Positions 12,304 to 25,519 of a stretch of DNA of 64,000 bases are shown here, in pieces. The notes beneath the pieces were generated by a model, which was not told where the DNA came from, searched no databases, and saw only the letters and a list, made by a program, of their open reading frames with translations. Every line of letters starts with the position of its first letter. Positions within the stretch are counted from its first letter, which is position 1. This DNA comes from Camelus dromedarius (Eukaryota). A program made the translations under genes and the position numbers. Location of the stretch: the NCBI RefSeq assembly GCF_036321535.1, contig NC_087437.1:17734001-17798000 (forward strand), in the 5' to 3' direction.

Positions 12304-13798
12304 TCTTCACAATTTTCTTCTGCTTTGGAGAATATTTTCTGTCATGAGTATTCTTCATGTGTCATGAACTTTTATTTCTCTTTTCCATGTTTCTTCTAAA
12401 TGTCTTTCTCTTAGTGCTATATCATTCCCCCTCCCCTCTTTTAATTGCTCACCATTGAACGAGTTGGATTTTCCTGGATCACCTGTGTTCTGGGAGTGGA
12501 GGGTGGGGAGGGGTCAGAGTCACTTTCTGGGTTTCACAACACATGAGAACCTCTGTTTTCTACTGCCACGGAGACAAACTGCTTCCTGAAAAGATGATTT
12601 GTCTGGGAGCCTTGCAGTATGTCTCTGAAGCAGACTGGATTGAGGCTCACTTTGGCCTCTGCCCTGCCCACCCTATTTCCTGTACCCATTTCATGCAAAC
12701 AAAGGATGCCAATACTGCTCTTTAGCCAAAGCCCCTCTCTTCCAGGAAATGTACTTTCGACATTGTTTTCTGAGATCTGCTGCCCTGGGCCTTCCTGCTA
12801 ATACTCTGCACGCTTCTTTCCTTCACTTGTTTCTATGAGACTTTGTTTAGGGCAACCCTTAGACATTTTGGAGGCAGCAGATTCTATCTGCGTCTTTGAT
12901 ACATGCAAATGGAGTTTTCAGGTTTAGTGGTGATTGTTTCTTTTTGGTTTTGTGCCAGTTCCAGGACAGAAGGAAAAAATACTGACCCACATAGTCACAG
13001 TCATACTAGAAGTGAACTGGTTCTCTCGATTTCAAGAAAATTGCTTTGATGTACTGCTTCCATTTCCTCGTTTGGGCACAACGTGGTCATTCTGCTCGTA
13101 AGTGGCTGTGTGTGTCTGCATGTGTGTTTCCACCTCGCTGTAAAGGAATTTGAAAGAAAGGTTCGAGGTTGCACTGAGTCGGTAAATGCATCACTGGTCC
13201 ATCACGCTCTGGACAGATGGTGGGTTTTTAAACTTACCTATGAGGCTATGGTAATAATCAGTAAACACAAAATGAAACAAGAGTGAAAAAGCCCCCAAAG
13301 GATCATAAGTGATCTTATATTTGGAAAGCTTCCAGCCACAAAGGAAACATTTCCAATAATTAAAAAGTGTGGCTTCTCTGATCAGTGTTTGTCTTTCTCT
13401 GTTTCCTCCTCTATACCTCCAACTTTCCCACTTCTTTTTACTGTGGTAACTTTTTCAGGTTTTTTTTTTTCTCCTCTTCTAAATTTTTCATGCTTTATAA
13501 CACCCAGGCAGGGGAAGGAGTTATTTTTCTCAAACCTATTCTTTTTTCATCTTTCTTCACCACATTTTTCTTAACTGACTCCTTCTCCCCTTTCAATTTA
13601 ATATTTTCTCTTCGGTGTTTCTTATCTGTCCTTCATCTCTGCGTATATTCCCTATCTTGGCTTCTCTCTCCAATTTCTTTTTCATTCATTCTTCTCCCTT
13701 CAAAAACCTCACCATGCTCTTTCTAGCTACACCAAGTGTCATCCAGATTTCCTTTTCAAGTGTCTCTCTCATAAATTACATTTAATAGAAAATGTCTT

Positions 13799-13930
13799 GT
13801 AGTAACTTACAAAGAAAAAGAATATGAAAATGAATATATGTATGTATATGTATGACTGGGACATTATGCTGTACACCAGAGATTGACACATTGTAACTGA
13901 CTACATTTCAACTGAAAAAAAAAAAGAGAA
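13799..13930 (+). mobile_element. Short lineage-specific L1 3' end with 12-bp TSD
   Basis: L1 3'UTR plus A-tail; TSD agaaaatgtctt at 13787-13798 and 13931-13942. Confidence 0.85.
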
Positions 13931-13936
13931 AGAAAA

Positions 13937-14300
13937 TGTCTTAGCTCGGGCTGCTATAACAAAATACCACAGATTGGGTGGCTTCAACACCAGAAATTTA
14001 TTTTTCACAGAGTAGGAGTCTGGGAAGTTTGAGATCAATGTGCTGGCCAATTTTCTTCCTAGTAAGGATTCTCTTCCTCGCTTGCAGACGGCCTCTGTCG
14101 GCACATGGCAAAGAGAGAGAGCTCTAGTATTTTTCCTCTTCTCACAAGGGCAGCAACCCTATTGGATCAGCGCCTCTCCCTTATAACCTCCTTTATCCTT
14201 TATCACCTCCTCACAGGCCCTATCTCCAAATGCAGTCACGTTCAGGGTTCGGGCTTTAATATTTGCATTGGGGCTGAGGGGAGGATGCAGCTCAGCCCAG
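13937..14300 (-). mobile_element. MaLR solo LTR (MLT1A/MST-like)
   Basis: tgtcttagctcgggctgctataacaaaataccacagattgggtggctt...ggccctatctccaaatgcagtcac. Confidence 0.8.
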
Positions 14301-14430
14301 CAGGACTGTGTGTGTTCACTGACATATGTTCATTTGGCTAGGAGGTGCTATCTTCTTGTATACCATTATATGGATTTCTTTGTCATGACGCAATACTACA
14401 GTGCTTTCTAGGAGGACAATGCGAATTATT

Positions 14431-14526
14431 TTTTAATTGTGGTAAAAATTTAATTGTGGTAAAAAACATAACATAAAATGTACTGTCTTACCATGTCTAA
14501 GTATATGGTTCAGTAGTGTTAAGTAC
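14431..14526 (-). mobile_element. Short L1MA/MB-type 3' end with TSD
   Basis: ttttaattgtggtaaaa...ttcagtagtgttaagtac; flanked by atgc[g/a]aattattttttaa at 14419-14436 and 14527-14544. Confidence 0.7.
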
Positions 14527-15027
14527 ATGCAAATTATTTTTTAAATACCAAAGCTTTATCTGCTATTTTCTTTATTTAACCAGCAGTTAAAGTTCTGCGT
14601 TGGTAACAAAAATATAGACACACTATTGAGTGGTTTACATGGATTGACTCATTTAATACTTTTAATAATACAGTGTGTTAGGAGAGACCCAGGTCTCAGC
14701 TAGATGACTATCCTAAGTCTCCTGGCTAGTAAACAGCAAGCTGGGGTTCATTCGGTGTGTTTAAATTGAACCCCAATTGACTGCGGAACTCACCTCCTTA
14801 AACACCCTTCAGTACTACATTTTTATTCTGTTTTTAAAAATAAAATATGCTAATATGGATAAGATATTTACTATATGTTCCAGAATTTATGTAAAATGGA
14901 TCTGTTACAGATGCTTGATTTGTACTTCCAGGGACAGAAAAATAAAGCAATTAGCATAAAACTGACATGAAAAGGCGCTTATTTACTCCTGCAAAATGTG
15001 TTGTCCTAAGGTGAGTGGCCACAGAAC

Positions 15028-15244
15028 GGGATTTCTCAACCTCGGTCCCAGTGACATTTAGGACGGGCTAATCGTTGTGGGGGGCTGTCCTGTGTATTGC
15101 AGGATGTTTACTAGCATCCTTGGGCTCTTTCCCGTTGATGACAGTAGCACCACTCCTCTCAGGTGTTATAATAAAAAAATACCATCAGACGTTGCCAAAT
15201 GTTGTCCCCTGGGGGCAAAGTCTCCCACAGCTGAGAACTACTGG
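15028..15244. mobile_element. MER20 hAT-Charlie element
   Basis: tttctcaacctcgg...gggggctgtcctgtgtattgcaggatgttt...gttgccaaatgttgtcccctgggggcaaa...gagaactactg. Confidence 0.85.
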
Positions 15245-17399
15245 TCTAGATTACAAAAATATTCCATTATTTACACACCAAACCAGTCATTTGGATGTTC
15301 TATGTATTCAAAAAAATCTCTTTTGAGAAGGTGCATGCTGTGTGCCAGGTACTATATCCTAAGAGCTTTACAGATATTAACTCATTGAATCCCCCAAATT
15401 ACAAGGTAGACACTTACAAGGGATATAAATTACAGTCCCCCAAGCCTATAAAGTAGATAACTATGTAGTAGGTGCATTAGGTTAGTAAGAGGAAACACAA
15501 ACTCTGCTAGTCTGATGGGAAAGCACCCCGTGCTCCTATTCACAATGCTTGACTTCCTCTTTGGCTGTGCTAGACACTTGCACTGACCCTTCTTGGTTCG
15601 TTTTCAATGTTACGTGACTAACTGAGAAAAGTAACAACAAATGTGAAATTATTTTTCTCACAGTTAGAGAATATGTACTAGATTAATAGAAAAGGATATA
15701 ATATAGTAAGTGATTACTTTGGCTATTTGGCCTCTGAGGTTCCTTTCTGGCCGTTTCCCCCAAACTGCTCATGGTTCTGGTTCATTCATCCTCCCAGAAC
15801 AACGTCTAGAAGGAAGTGGTTGTCTGCGTTTCTGTTGGAGAATACTTACATATGTCAGTTCCCCAGCAAAAGCTCCAAGATAATTTTCCCCCAGATGCAA
15901 TTTTATCATTTGTTCAACAGGGAAACTGTCAATCAAAATGCCTGCTTCCCATCACCCACTGACGTATCAAAGCAAGTGGTGTAGACACTTCCTCATTTGC
16001 TAGGAAATGACAAGGAAGTGAAGTCTGCTATTGTCTAGACTTCAGGTATCAGATTGTCTACATTAAATTTTTTAAACCTTTTTATTATGAAAATTTTAAA
16101 CAACTACAAATACAGAAAAATAGAATGATGAACCTGATTTATCCACCATCTATTATTAATATATAGTGCCACCTATTCCTCCACTCTCAATCAGATATTC
16201 TTGAAACAAGTCCTACCATACTATTTCACTTGCTCTGTTTCATTATGTCTCATTAAAAGATTTAAACTCGTTTTGAACATAGCTGTAAAATCATGATCCT
16301 GTCTAAATATTTAAAAATAATTTGATATCAAATATATAGACAGTGATCACATTTCTCTGATTGTCATATAATTTTTTACAGTGTTTATAGTGAATCTAAA
16401 TAAGGTTCATGTATTGCTATTGGTTCATTTGTTTTTAAGCTTTCTTTCTTACGATAATTTTTAATTTTTTTTGGTAAAATTTACTTTTTAAGTCTGTTTT
16501 GATCCATAGGGTCTCACTTCATTTTTTCATTGCAATTTTTTTTCTTTTTTAAAATAAATATGTGCTTATGTTACAATACAAAGGATTTATTATTTTAATA
16601 AATTAACAAGTATTTTAAAATTTCTCAGTTTTTGTGTCCAACATGGTAAATATCAAGAGATGTAACTCTTATAAAAACAAAAGCTCTTTGAGGTCCCCAA
16701 CAATTTTGTTTTAGGCCACTTCAATCATAAACTCACTACCTTAGGATGTGGATTAAAACTAATGCATACCTATGTGTCACACTATCTATAGGGGAACATT
16801 TTAAAATTAATTACAAACAATATAACAGATAATTCCTAAGGTTCCTTCTAAGCCTAAGAGTCAATAAGTCTACATTTGAGGGGTTCTAATAAATATACTG
16901 TTTTTCAGCACAATTCCTCCTCACCCTTTGTCTCCTCTTTCTGGAAAACCCTCAGAATCCCCTGGGCCATGTCAGCACCCTTCCCCTCCCTGTGTTCTCC
17001 TGGAAGTACCTATCTCTTTTATGGCAACTTATTTCAGGCCAGAGAACATACACTGAGGATTCCAACCTTTGTGAAATGGCATCTTTTTTGATTTGCCCAC
17101 ACTGATCTGCATTATTTCCCAAACTTCAGTGATTTGAGTAGAATCATCACAGTTTCTTTTTTTTTTTTTTGCCCTATCTGCCTAACACCTCTACTGCTAT
17201 TTTCCTTTAAATAGCTCACTTTTGTTTTAAGCCAAAATATTTTCTTTAGCTTTATCACACAGAGTATTATTCATGGAATTATGGTTCAAATGTGCTTTTT
17301 TCACATATTTCACATATTAATTTCAAATGTGCTTTTTCATATATTAAAGTAAATATATAAATAGATACCTTAAATAAAATGTTGAGTTTTCCCATCCTT

Positions 17400-19860
17400 T
17401 AATCTCTGATTTTCCTATAATTAATTATTTTCCTGTAACAAATTAATATTTAGATTTAGAGAGTTGTTCAAATTCATGTTCCTTTAAAAATTTTGTTACT
17501 TATTTATTTTTGGCAAGACTACTTTGTAAGTGGTGGTAAGTTCTTTCATCAGGGGCTGCATAATTTCTGGTTCATGACATTGGGATCACATACGAGAGAG
17601 GCATCAATTCATGAGGAGTTACAGAACTGTGACAGTTTAATTCCATCATTTCTTCTGTGTTTTTTAGCTGGAATGTCTATGAAAAGAAACTTCCTTTATC
17701 AAACATTTTGTTTATTGTATTGTGTGGTTTTGGTTTTTTTTAGCTTTACTGAAAATACAAATGAAATATGAATAAACATATTTGATACATTGAATCTACT
17801 GAAGTTACTGTCTGCATGCTCAGATTGTCCCAGTTTTGGCCAATGGTAGTCTCTTCATTTTGGCTCCTGAGATCCTTTATCATAGTCCTGATAAATTCTG
17901 ATAGTTTCCTTGATGTCTGGTTTGACTAAACGTTTTAAGCTCATCTTGCACATTTCCTGCTCCAGATCTGGAATCAACCATTTCTCTGAGGAGACTTGAT
18001 TCCTTTTAGTGGGAAATGACTTTTAGAAACCATAATCTAGATGGTAGTGGTGTTCATTGCTACAGAGTTGATCATTATGTTTTTTCAGTGTTGATCATTA
18101 TTTTGAGAACTTTTCAATGCTAGAGTTAGAATATACATGTTTCTTTTAAAGATAGAATACACCATAAGTTCATATATATCCTCCCTACTCAAATTCAGAA
18201 CTTTCAGGTGTATAGAGTTTTTACTTCAGTCATCCTGATCCTGCATTTGTGTTTCTTTTAAACAATGCTAAAACCTCAGTTTTTAACAATACTGGCATAA
18301 TCATTCATTTTATTTATCCTATACTACTACACAACTGTCTCATAGTAACAATATTAGCTTTACTACCAGCAATTTGTTTACCAAAAACCATATATTTTTT
18401 CTAGTTTTGCTGTTGTTGTTGTTAGATTATATCCTTTTAGGAATATACAGTCTATTTGAGATGTTGTAAGTTTATTTGGAATAACTCCTTTGAGTTGTTA
18501 TGTCAAGAAATTTTGATTCTTAGGGATTGCTTTATTTCCTTCTTGAATTTTACCTTATAATTATGTCAAATATTTACATGGTTTTGAGATTATATCTACA
18601 AAGCAAGTTACATTCAAAGGAGTCCAGCTTTTATACCTATCTCCTAACCAATTCTCTCCCCTCTTCTATAGGTAACCAGTCTTTAAAAGATTTATGATAT
18701 ATATATATATTTATATCCCTCCTCTGAGATAAACAGAAGGAATTGTAACTGTTTTTACTCATCTTACTTTTTTCCCACTTAATATCTTGGAGATTTCTCT
18801 GTAGTAGTATAGTAAGATATTCAACATTCCCTTTATAACTGTGTAATACTCCATTGCATGGAGGTACCATAGTTTATTCAGTCATTTCTTTTACTAGGTA
18901 TTTGGATTGTTTCTGGTCTTTTACTCTTCCAAATAATGTTGCAATTAAGAAACTTGCACATGCAACTTTTTATTGTTTTTGTTAGGGTAGCCTTGAACTT
19001 ATAACTTATTTTTGTTGGTGTAGATTTATTTGTGAATATCCTTTTTTTAATTGAAATATAGTCAATTTACAATGTTATGTTAATTTCTGGTGTATAGCAT
19101 AGTGATTCATTTATACATATATGTACATACATTACTTTTCATATTCTTTTCATTATAAACCATTATAAGGTATTGAATATAGTTCCCTGTGTTATACAGT
19201 AGGACCTTGTTGTTTATCTATTTTATATATCTGCAAATCCTGAACTCCCAATTTATCTCTCCTCACCCCTTTTCCCTCCTGGTACCCGTAAGTTGGTTTT
19301 CTATGTCTGTGAGTCTGTCCCTGTTTTGTAAATAAATTCATTTTTGTCTTTTTGTTTTTTAAGATTCCACAGACAAGTGATATCATAGGATATTTTTCTT
19401 TCTTTTTCTGGCTTATGTCACTTAGTATGACAATAAAGGAATATCTTTTAATATTTCTTTTAGCCAGGATCTAGGAAGGGTTAATTTTCCCATATTTTAT
19501 TTGTTTGAAAATACTTTTTTTTTGCCTTTGCTTTAAATGATAATTTTGCTACGAATTTTAAGTTGTTGGTAATTTTCTCCCAGTACATTGAAGACAGTCC
19601 TCTTTTGGCTTCTGTTGCTGCTGGTGAGCAGTTTGCTGTTAAGACATGTGGCTATTTCTTTATAGGTAACCTGCCCTTTCTTTCTGGTTGCTTAAAGAGA
19701 TTCTTTTAGTTTCATATTATCTGTCCTTTCACTAAGGTGTACCTTGTATGAATACATTTTTATATACCCTGTTTGGCTTTCACTGCAATACCTTAAATCT
19801 GAAGAATCTTATTTTTCATCAATTCCAAATAAAATTCTTAGCCATTTTCTTTTCTGTTAG
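17400..19860 (-). mobile_element. Old L1MC/ME fragments, antisense
   Basis: ttttggccaatggtagtctcttc...gcacatttcctgctccagatctggaatcaaccatttctc. Confidence 0.65.
19042..19435 (-). mobile_element. Lineage-specific L1 3' end nested in older L1
   Basis: tttttttaattgaaatatagtcaatttacaatg...aagattccacagacaagtgatatcatagg; imperfect TSD gaatatc(c)tttt. Confidence 0.85.
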
Positions 19861-21539
19861 GATCTCTCCTTCACTCCACCTCTCTTACCCCACCAAGTTG
19901 CCTTCATGTTCTGATTAAGTTGTTTTATAATGCATAGTAATTATGTGTGTAATAGGATGTTCACTGGGACTTTGTGCTTGCCACTGAAGGATTAAAAACT
20001 GAGGAAAAGAAGGCATCAAGGAGTTCACATTCTAAAGAGAACCCCCCCTCATCCCCCAGCAGCTGGGGCTTATGAAAGTTAGCCTCACTGGCTCTGTTAT
20101 CTCCAGAAATACCCAGGATCATAACTATACAATCAGAACATGAAGGAGAGAAGGAAATCATGGGAACCATGAACCATCAGTCTAGTAGGGGGTGCTTCCT
20201 TGTCCCTCAAAACCAGTTGATGGGGGGAAGCACCAAGCAGCATTGGCGTCTCATTCGCTGGTGGACAGCAGACTTGCTGATGTGCCTCTGGACCTACCTG
20301 AGCATCAGGTGAAGAGAACCTGGGAAGGTGGCAGCATGAGAGTCAGGAGGAGCCAGGAGCCTTCTCGGCTCTGTGGTGGGTCAAATTCACTGGGTCCAGT
20401 AGACACTGCAGAAGGTAGTCTTGATTGAATATTTTGCCAGATGCCAGCTGAGGGAGCAGGCCACTGTGTGAGGCGATGGCAGTGGCAAGAGGCTGTGGGA
20501 TAGACCACCCAGAACAGGAGCTCAGAAGAGCACCAGATGTTGACTCACTGCCAGCTGCTCTCCTGTGAAGGGTGAGGCGCCCCAGAGAGTATTCTGGAGA
20601 ACTCATGAGGGGGTCCAGCTATGCTTTGCCTTTCTGTCTCTCTCCAGAATCTTTCGTTTTGTTTTGTTTTGCTTTGCTTTGATCAGTGTTCTAATGTTGC
20701 TGCCTTTGGGTAGAACCCTTTACTTGTTTCTTTTTTTGCTGTGGGTGAATTCATTTATTGCTCTTTGCTTGACTTCACGATTTTTTATTCATTCTATTTG
20801 CCCTGTTAATCTCAACACTGACCTTTGAACCTCATTAGGTGGCATTCTGGCATACAGCTTCCTGCTGTTTCACGTGGTCCTTCATCCTTTATACAGTAGT
20901 GTGCCTGCTCTAGTCCATCCAGCGTTTGTTGCTGGCTTCCTCCCCTGTATTCAGGTGCTATCAACCCTCTCTCTTCCTGCACTGACGAGCCCTCCCTTCC
21001 AGCTGCGGCCACTGTCTGTCTTAATACTCCTCATGCCCAGCCCTCACAGGCGCTTTGCGCTCCAATGAAGGGGCCACTTGTGCAATCAGGTAGGAAGAGA
21101 TCAATTTTTTTCCAGAGTGATTTATACCTTCTGATAATTGAGCTATCATCAGTGACACTGCTGAGCCCGCAAAAGAAAGTGGCATCTCTGCTTACGGGGA
21201 GAGCTCAGCTCTTGGAAGCATCTGAGAATGGAGATGGGACCATGTGAATGTCAAAATAGAATTTTAGTACCAGCAGGGGCCCCCGGCAGTATAGTGAACT
21301 TAAAAGAAAGAAATATTCTATATTCAAGGAAAATTTTGCTAATAAGAACTGAGTTTTAAAAGGGGTCATGGGCAAAGATAAAGAGATTCTTTTGAAGCTT
21401 GATGTTACCCCTGTATTCTTTGTGCTTCTTTCTGTAATCAGAGATTGTTAGGGAAGATGCTGTGCTCGCCCCTCCTGTGGTCTTATTGCATTTCAGGGCA
21501 CAGATACACATCACCAGCCACTGCAACACCACGCTGCAC

Positions 21540-21700
21540 AAGTGGTTAGAAATGTTGGACTTCACAATCGGAGAAGCTCGGGTTTGCATCTTGCTCTTTA
21601 CTTGTTGTATGACCTTGGGCAAGTCACACGCCCTTTCTGAGCTTTAGTTTCCTCATAATAATCCCTGTTTTACTGAGTTGTGGTGTGAAAATCAATGCAG
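21540..21700 (+). mobile_element. MIR SINE
   Basis: tgtatgaccttgggcaagtcacacgccctttctgagctttagtttcctcat. Confidence 0.8.
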
Positions 21701-23079
21701 GGCAACACTTGGTGCCTGGTTTACCAACTCCCACGGTGGTTTCTCTTTGGACCATGAGAATGAAACCCACCTTGGAATGAACTTGAATTTTTACTTCTCT
21801 TTACTTTCCTGTTTGATTTTCACCAACTGGAGAGCAAATCATACAAATTAAATTGTTGGACAAATGTGTAACTGCTGAACTTCATAAATATTGAAAATTG
21901 AATTTCAACAGAAGTTGCAAGAAGGCTGTCTTCTGTGAAAACTGGGAGTCATGGGGGTGGGTGGACCCTTTCATATTTTCACAGGGTTTCTAGGTCACGG
22001 GTCCTCTATTTATTGTCTTACCTTAGGCTGACCCCATTTGATGACAGCACCAAGAATTGATGAATTCTTTATCCCCAGAGCAATTGAAGACAGAGGAGGA
22101 AGGAGTAAATCTCCAGATGGATTTTAAGGTTGGGCCCAAGGTTGTCTTCCTGGGTGGAGATATATGTAAAAGGTTGAACAGTAGGTACATGAGACTTTGA
22201 GTTCCCTCCTCCCTTGCTGGTAAAACTCTGCAGCTCAGAACTCTGGGAACCCTACTGTCTTCCCCTTCCTTCTTGCAGTCAGAGCCTGGATGTGGTTTAG
22301 AATGGAAATGTTGGAAATTTAGAGCATGGCTTTAAAGTGAGACAGACCTGGACTCAATCCTGGTGTGTGGTCAATGCCCTGTAAATTGTGTCTATTATTA
22401 TTTTTAGTCCCAGTTCAGCTTTGGTACTTCAGTCACATTGATCCTTAATCTTCCTTTGAATGTTTCTGTGTAGAGGAGCCTTTAAGTGATTCGTTTTGGA
22501 GTCTTAGCTTTTATATTCCGCATTTTGAATTCTGTCCATGTAGCCAACCTACCGCTGCTAATTGCAGCAGTCTTAATACAGAGAATGTTTCTTAGATACG
22601 GGGTCTGTTCCAAAGCATTCAGGGAGGATTGACAGGTCATTCTGGGATGGGCTCCATTCTACTTGCCAAATTCAATCTTTTTTTCTCAACTTGTTCCAGA
22701 ATCTGTCAACTTAAAGGCCCTCATTTTAGTAGTGTGGTTTTATGCAACAACTCCCCTACTCCTCTATTTTCCCAGGCCAGCCGGGAAACCTCATAGGAAG
22801 GGGTCAGGGACCTTGATGCCTGGTTTCAAAAAGGCACACATTAGTGCTTACTTTTTTCTTATCTGTTGATCAGAGCTTTGCATCCAATAGCTGAAAACTG
22901 TTAGGATTTTTGCCAGCCTTCATGTTGTCTCACTTTGGCATCCTCCTTGGCCTCTGAAGTTGCCTTCTTCCTCACTCCATCACGTCTTCTCTTAGAGGAA
23001 ACCCTTCTTTCTGAGCTGTATCTCAAGTCATCCTTCCTTTGGGAAGAGATGTCATGCCAAATCTAATAATTTTAAAGAT

Positions 23080-23290
23080 GAGGATAATAGTAGTAGTAAG
23101 ATTTATAAAGCATTCGCTGTGTTTCAGACATTATTGTAACCACTTTATTATACATATATGAACACATTTAATACTCACAATGCTCCATGAAATAGATACA
23201 ATTATCATCTCTATTTTGAAGATGGGGAGACTGCCACAAGAGAGGTTCAGTACCTCGTACAGCTGTAGCCAGTAGGCAACAGTTAGCCCG
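23080..23290 (-). mobile_element. MIR SINE
   Basis: catttaatactcacaatgctccatgaaatagatacaattatcatctctattttgaagatggggagactg. Confidence 0.75.
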
Positions 23291-25519
23291 GCCACAGGTC
23301 TGCATGGGCATTCAGAACTGTGAAGAATTTCCTCCGGATGCACTTCTAGTCTCTGGACACTGACATGCAGGATCCTGGCTCTGAATACAGAGCTCTCGTC
23401 ACCAGCCAGAGCACAATGTAAAGACATTTCCTACAAAATTTACAAAATGCTGCAATAACATGTCACTTCTGCAAATCCCTATAAAAGCAAGTTTGCCGGC
23501 CAACCATTATCACATTACGTTTGTACTCAGAAGAAATAATATTATGAAGCAATTAAAAAAAAAACAACTAAAGTAAGGTCACCTCCCTCTTTTTAACACA
23601 GTGCTGAGAAGGTATTTTCAGAGCTTGCTTTCCAAACAGAGGAAGTTGAGCAGAAGTCAATTTCATTTGAAAATCAGGTGAAAGTCAACAGTATTACTGC
23701 TTATAAAATTAAAAATCAATAATTCCCTGGGGAGAGTATATTTACCTGCAAACTAACTTCTAAGGTCAAAAAAAAGTTAGACAAAATTCAGTCCCACAAC
23801 AGGTAATTTTGAGAAGACTCAATTTAGGAACTAACCACAAAGTAGAAATTAGAAGGCTAGAATTATGTTTTGGTTGATTCTAAAACTGACTTGTGGAGAC
23901 ACAGTCGATGCAGGGAAAGGGGGACCATGGTTTGAAACACGCTGCTGCCAAGCAAAAAATGAAGTGAAGAGAACAATAAACAAAGGAAACCTTTCCAAAG
24001 GCTCTCTTCATTTACATTCTGAGATTACTGGCCTCATCTCTCTGCTGAAATAGCCTAGCGTTCCTGGCCGTCCAAAAGCATAATCAGGTGCTCGCTGGAG
24101 CTTTGGCTCCGACGAACGGCACAGAGAATATTTGAAAGCTGCCAAGACTATAGGTGCCTGTTTCAAGTTGTCAGAGTAGATGCTATAACGTGTCATAAAT
24201 AAGGGAGGTCTATTTATAAACCTGACATTAAAAATGTGTTCCTAAAATATCTCCTGGGTTCCCCGGCCATGTCAGCATAGAAATAATGTTCGTATTTGTT
24301 TATTTCACTGGACCACCCCATGAACCTGGGGGAAACATGCTAGAAAAAAAAATTATAGCGACGCCAACTATTCTGGGAGATACACGAGCCCTCCATGTTT
24401 ATCAGGTTGAGGGCACTGTATTTTGATGTCAATAAGCAATTTTTCCAGCCCGGTCTCCTGCCCGACCCTTTTAATCCATCAATATATTATTAGAGATAAA
24501 GTTGGTGGATGCCTGCTGCAGTTAGAAGATAAATGGCATCTCTGAAGTCAGGCATTAAAGACTAGATTAAGGCCTTGTGACACCGTTTTCAGTGCTCATC
24601 TGTGCACTTCTGTTCAACCTATCACACTGAGTGACAAGAAAGAAAAATAATGAACTGGGCCAGGGGAAGAAGAAGGAAAAAAAAAGGCAGAAAAAGAGAG
24701 AGATTTTTTTCCCCCGAACACACAAACTACATCAGTTCAGACTCAGGATTAGACTGCATTTAAAGAAAGGAAAAAAGAAAAGAAAATGGGGAATTGGGAA
24801 GGACAGGGAAGGGGCTGTTCTAGAAAGATGAAAATAGGCAGGCAAAAGGGACATGAAAGCCAAGAATTCCATTTCTGCCCGGCCTGCGTGGCTGTGGTAC
24901 CCCGCCTGCCTCCTCGCCCCTCCACCTCTCCCAGGCAGGCGGCTCCCAGTGGACATCCGGTTGCTCTGGGGATCTGTTCCATCCTGGGCTGGGAGTGCCA
25001 ACAGAAATCTTGTTAAGAGGCAGTGCTCGGTTCTAAATCTTAGTGAAACATGGTCTTCCCTTCCCGCCAAAGGATTTCCTTCACACCGCTACCATGGGTC
25101 TGGGTGGAGGTATTAAAGATTTTTGTAATAGTCTTCTGATATGAGTGTGGCTCCTGAGTTGATGAAAGCAAACGTTGAATTTTCCCTGATTGTGCGGACA
25201 ACAGCAGCCACAAATTAATTGCAAGTTGGAAGCAAAAGGAAAGGGAGATGCAGGCAGGAGAGAGAGCATTAACCAGTGGGAAGGTCCTGGGTTTATGGTC
25301 ACAAGGCCTTGGGGCTACTGGAAGGCTGTTTATCTCTTTCTCAGTCATTTATGTAGAACTGAAACCACCCCTCCCCATACGTCAGGCCATGCTTGTGAGG
25401 ATAGAAGGGACGCCTTCCTTGTAGATCAGTTTTGCCCCCAGTGCTCCAACTGTCTTCATCAGAATCTGAGTCTTTGAGACATTCAAGGTTCCTGGCAGCC
25501 TCCCAGGAGGAACACATAG

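Noticed and set aside
23256..23430. Minus-strand exon/98-aa ORF (23131-23427)
   Set aside because: Weak donor inside a MIR, the ORF runs into MIR sequence, and the peptide is unrecognisable.
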